From Nemertoderma westbladi (taxonomy: Eukaryota; Animalia; Xenacoelomorpha): a stretch of 64,000 nucleotides of DNA. Within the stretch, counting starts at the first letter, position 1; each line of letters starts with the position of its first letter. A model generated the notes under the pieces. It did no database searches. It saw only the letters and a program-made list of their open reading frames with translations, and was not told where the DNA came from. A program made the position numbers and the translations under genes. The stretch spans positions 62,001 through 126,000 of the forward strand of contig JAUCBJ010001582.1 in NCBI GenBank assembly GCA_032718475.1, written 5' to 3'. Positions 63,432-64,000 of the stretch are shown piece by piece.

Positions 63432-64000
63432 ATTGTACGCGCTTTTGGAAGACCTTTAGCAGTTTAACCTGCCAAAATTTATATGTCTTTTGGTTTATAA
63501 ATCGACTCTAGAAGATGACAATATTTAATACCAATAAACACAACATTAGCAGAAGCCAGCCTAGTGCGCGTCCATTCACCCGCTGGATAATCCCAGGAGA
63601 CTGGATTCTGAGGGCTTAGATTATTATTGCAGTGAAGCTTACGGTATTGTATTATTCGATTGATCGTTAATAAATAATTTCTGACTAATATTATTCACTT
63701 TCGGGAAATATTAACAGTTCCTTTAGGACGTGGCGCTCTATCTAGATAGACAGAGATATGACTTACACTAATCACAATGGTAAGTCGGTAAGGCTTATGA
63801 TTCACGTATGAGGCGCATTCTTTAGGAAATGCTTAGTTATCAGCCACAATCATGTACGCTACCGGTAACACACAATACTGCAGCTCACTAACTTGCCGAC
63901 CGTCAATGAATTTTATCATATATAAAGAAAATAGCAACAGACCAATGTAGTGCTTATCAAATAGCATTAAATTCAATACACACCACAATAATATAAGTCG
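63432..64000. repeat. Long direct repeat, right copy (runs off window end)
   Basis: Matches 45847-46412. Confidence 0.95.

Overview
AT-rich, repeat-dense metazoan genomic DNA. It holds one clear host gene: a 4-coding-exon TIA-1/TIAR-family RNA-binding protein (minus strand, 9994-4477, about 550 aa) whose introns are swollen by minisatellites, one of which amplifies an exon end plus its 5' splice site. Nested non-LTR retrotransposon fragments (RTE, CRE-like, L2/CR1) lie at 1-4.1 kb. A non-autonomous Polinton/Maverick-like element with a nested inverted-repeat unit carrying a Zn-finger/acidic ORF lies at 16.2-19.3 kb. There are also a solo LTR, a 2-kb fold-back and many tandem arrays. The main observation is two large, mutually divergent, degenerate BEL/Pao retrotransposons (about 25-40 kb and 47-63 kb, both minus strand). 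Each carries, downstream of integrase, a homologous large accessory ORF made of an unrecognised N-terminal Cys/His domain and a WRN/EXD/Mut-7-type DEDDy 3'-5' exonuclease fold with a shared D-to-E change in ExoIII. The second copy adds CCHC knuckles. Element 1 also has a 17-bp quasi-palindromic motif dispersed nine times along its length and three leader stem-loops. All calls are by eye; no searches were run.
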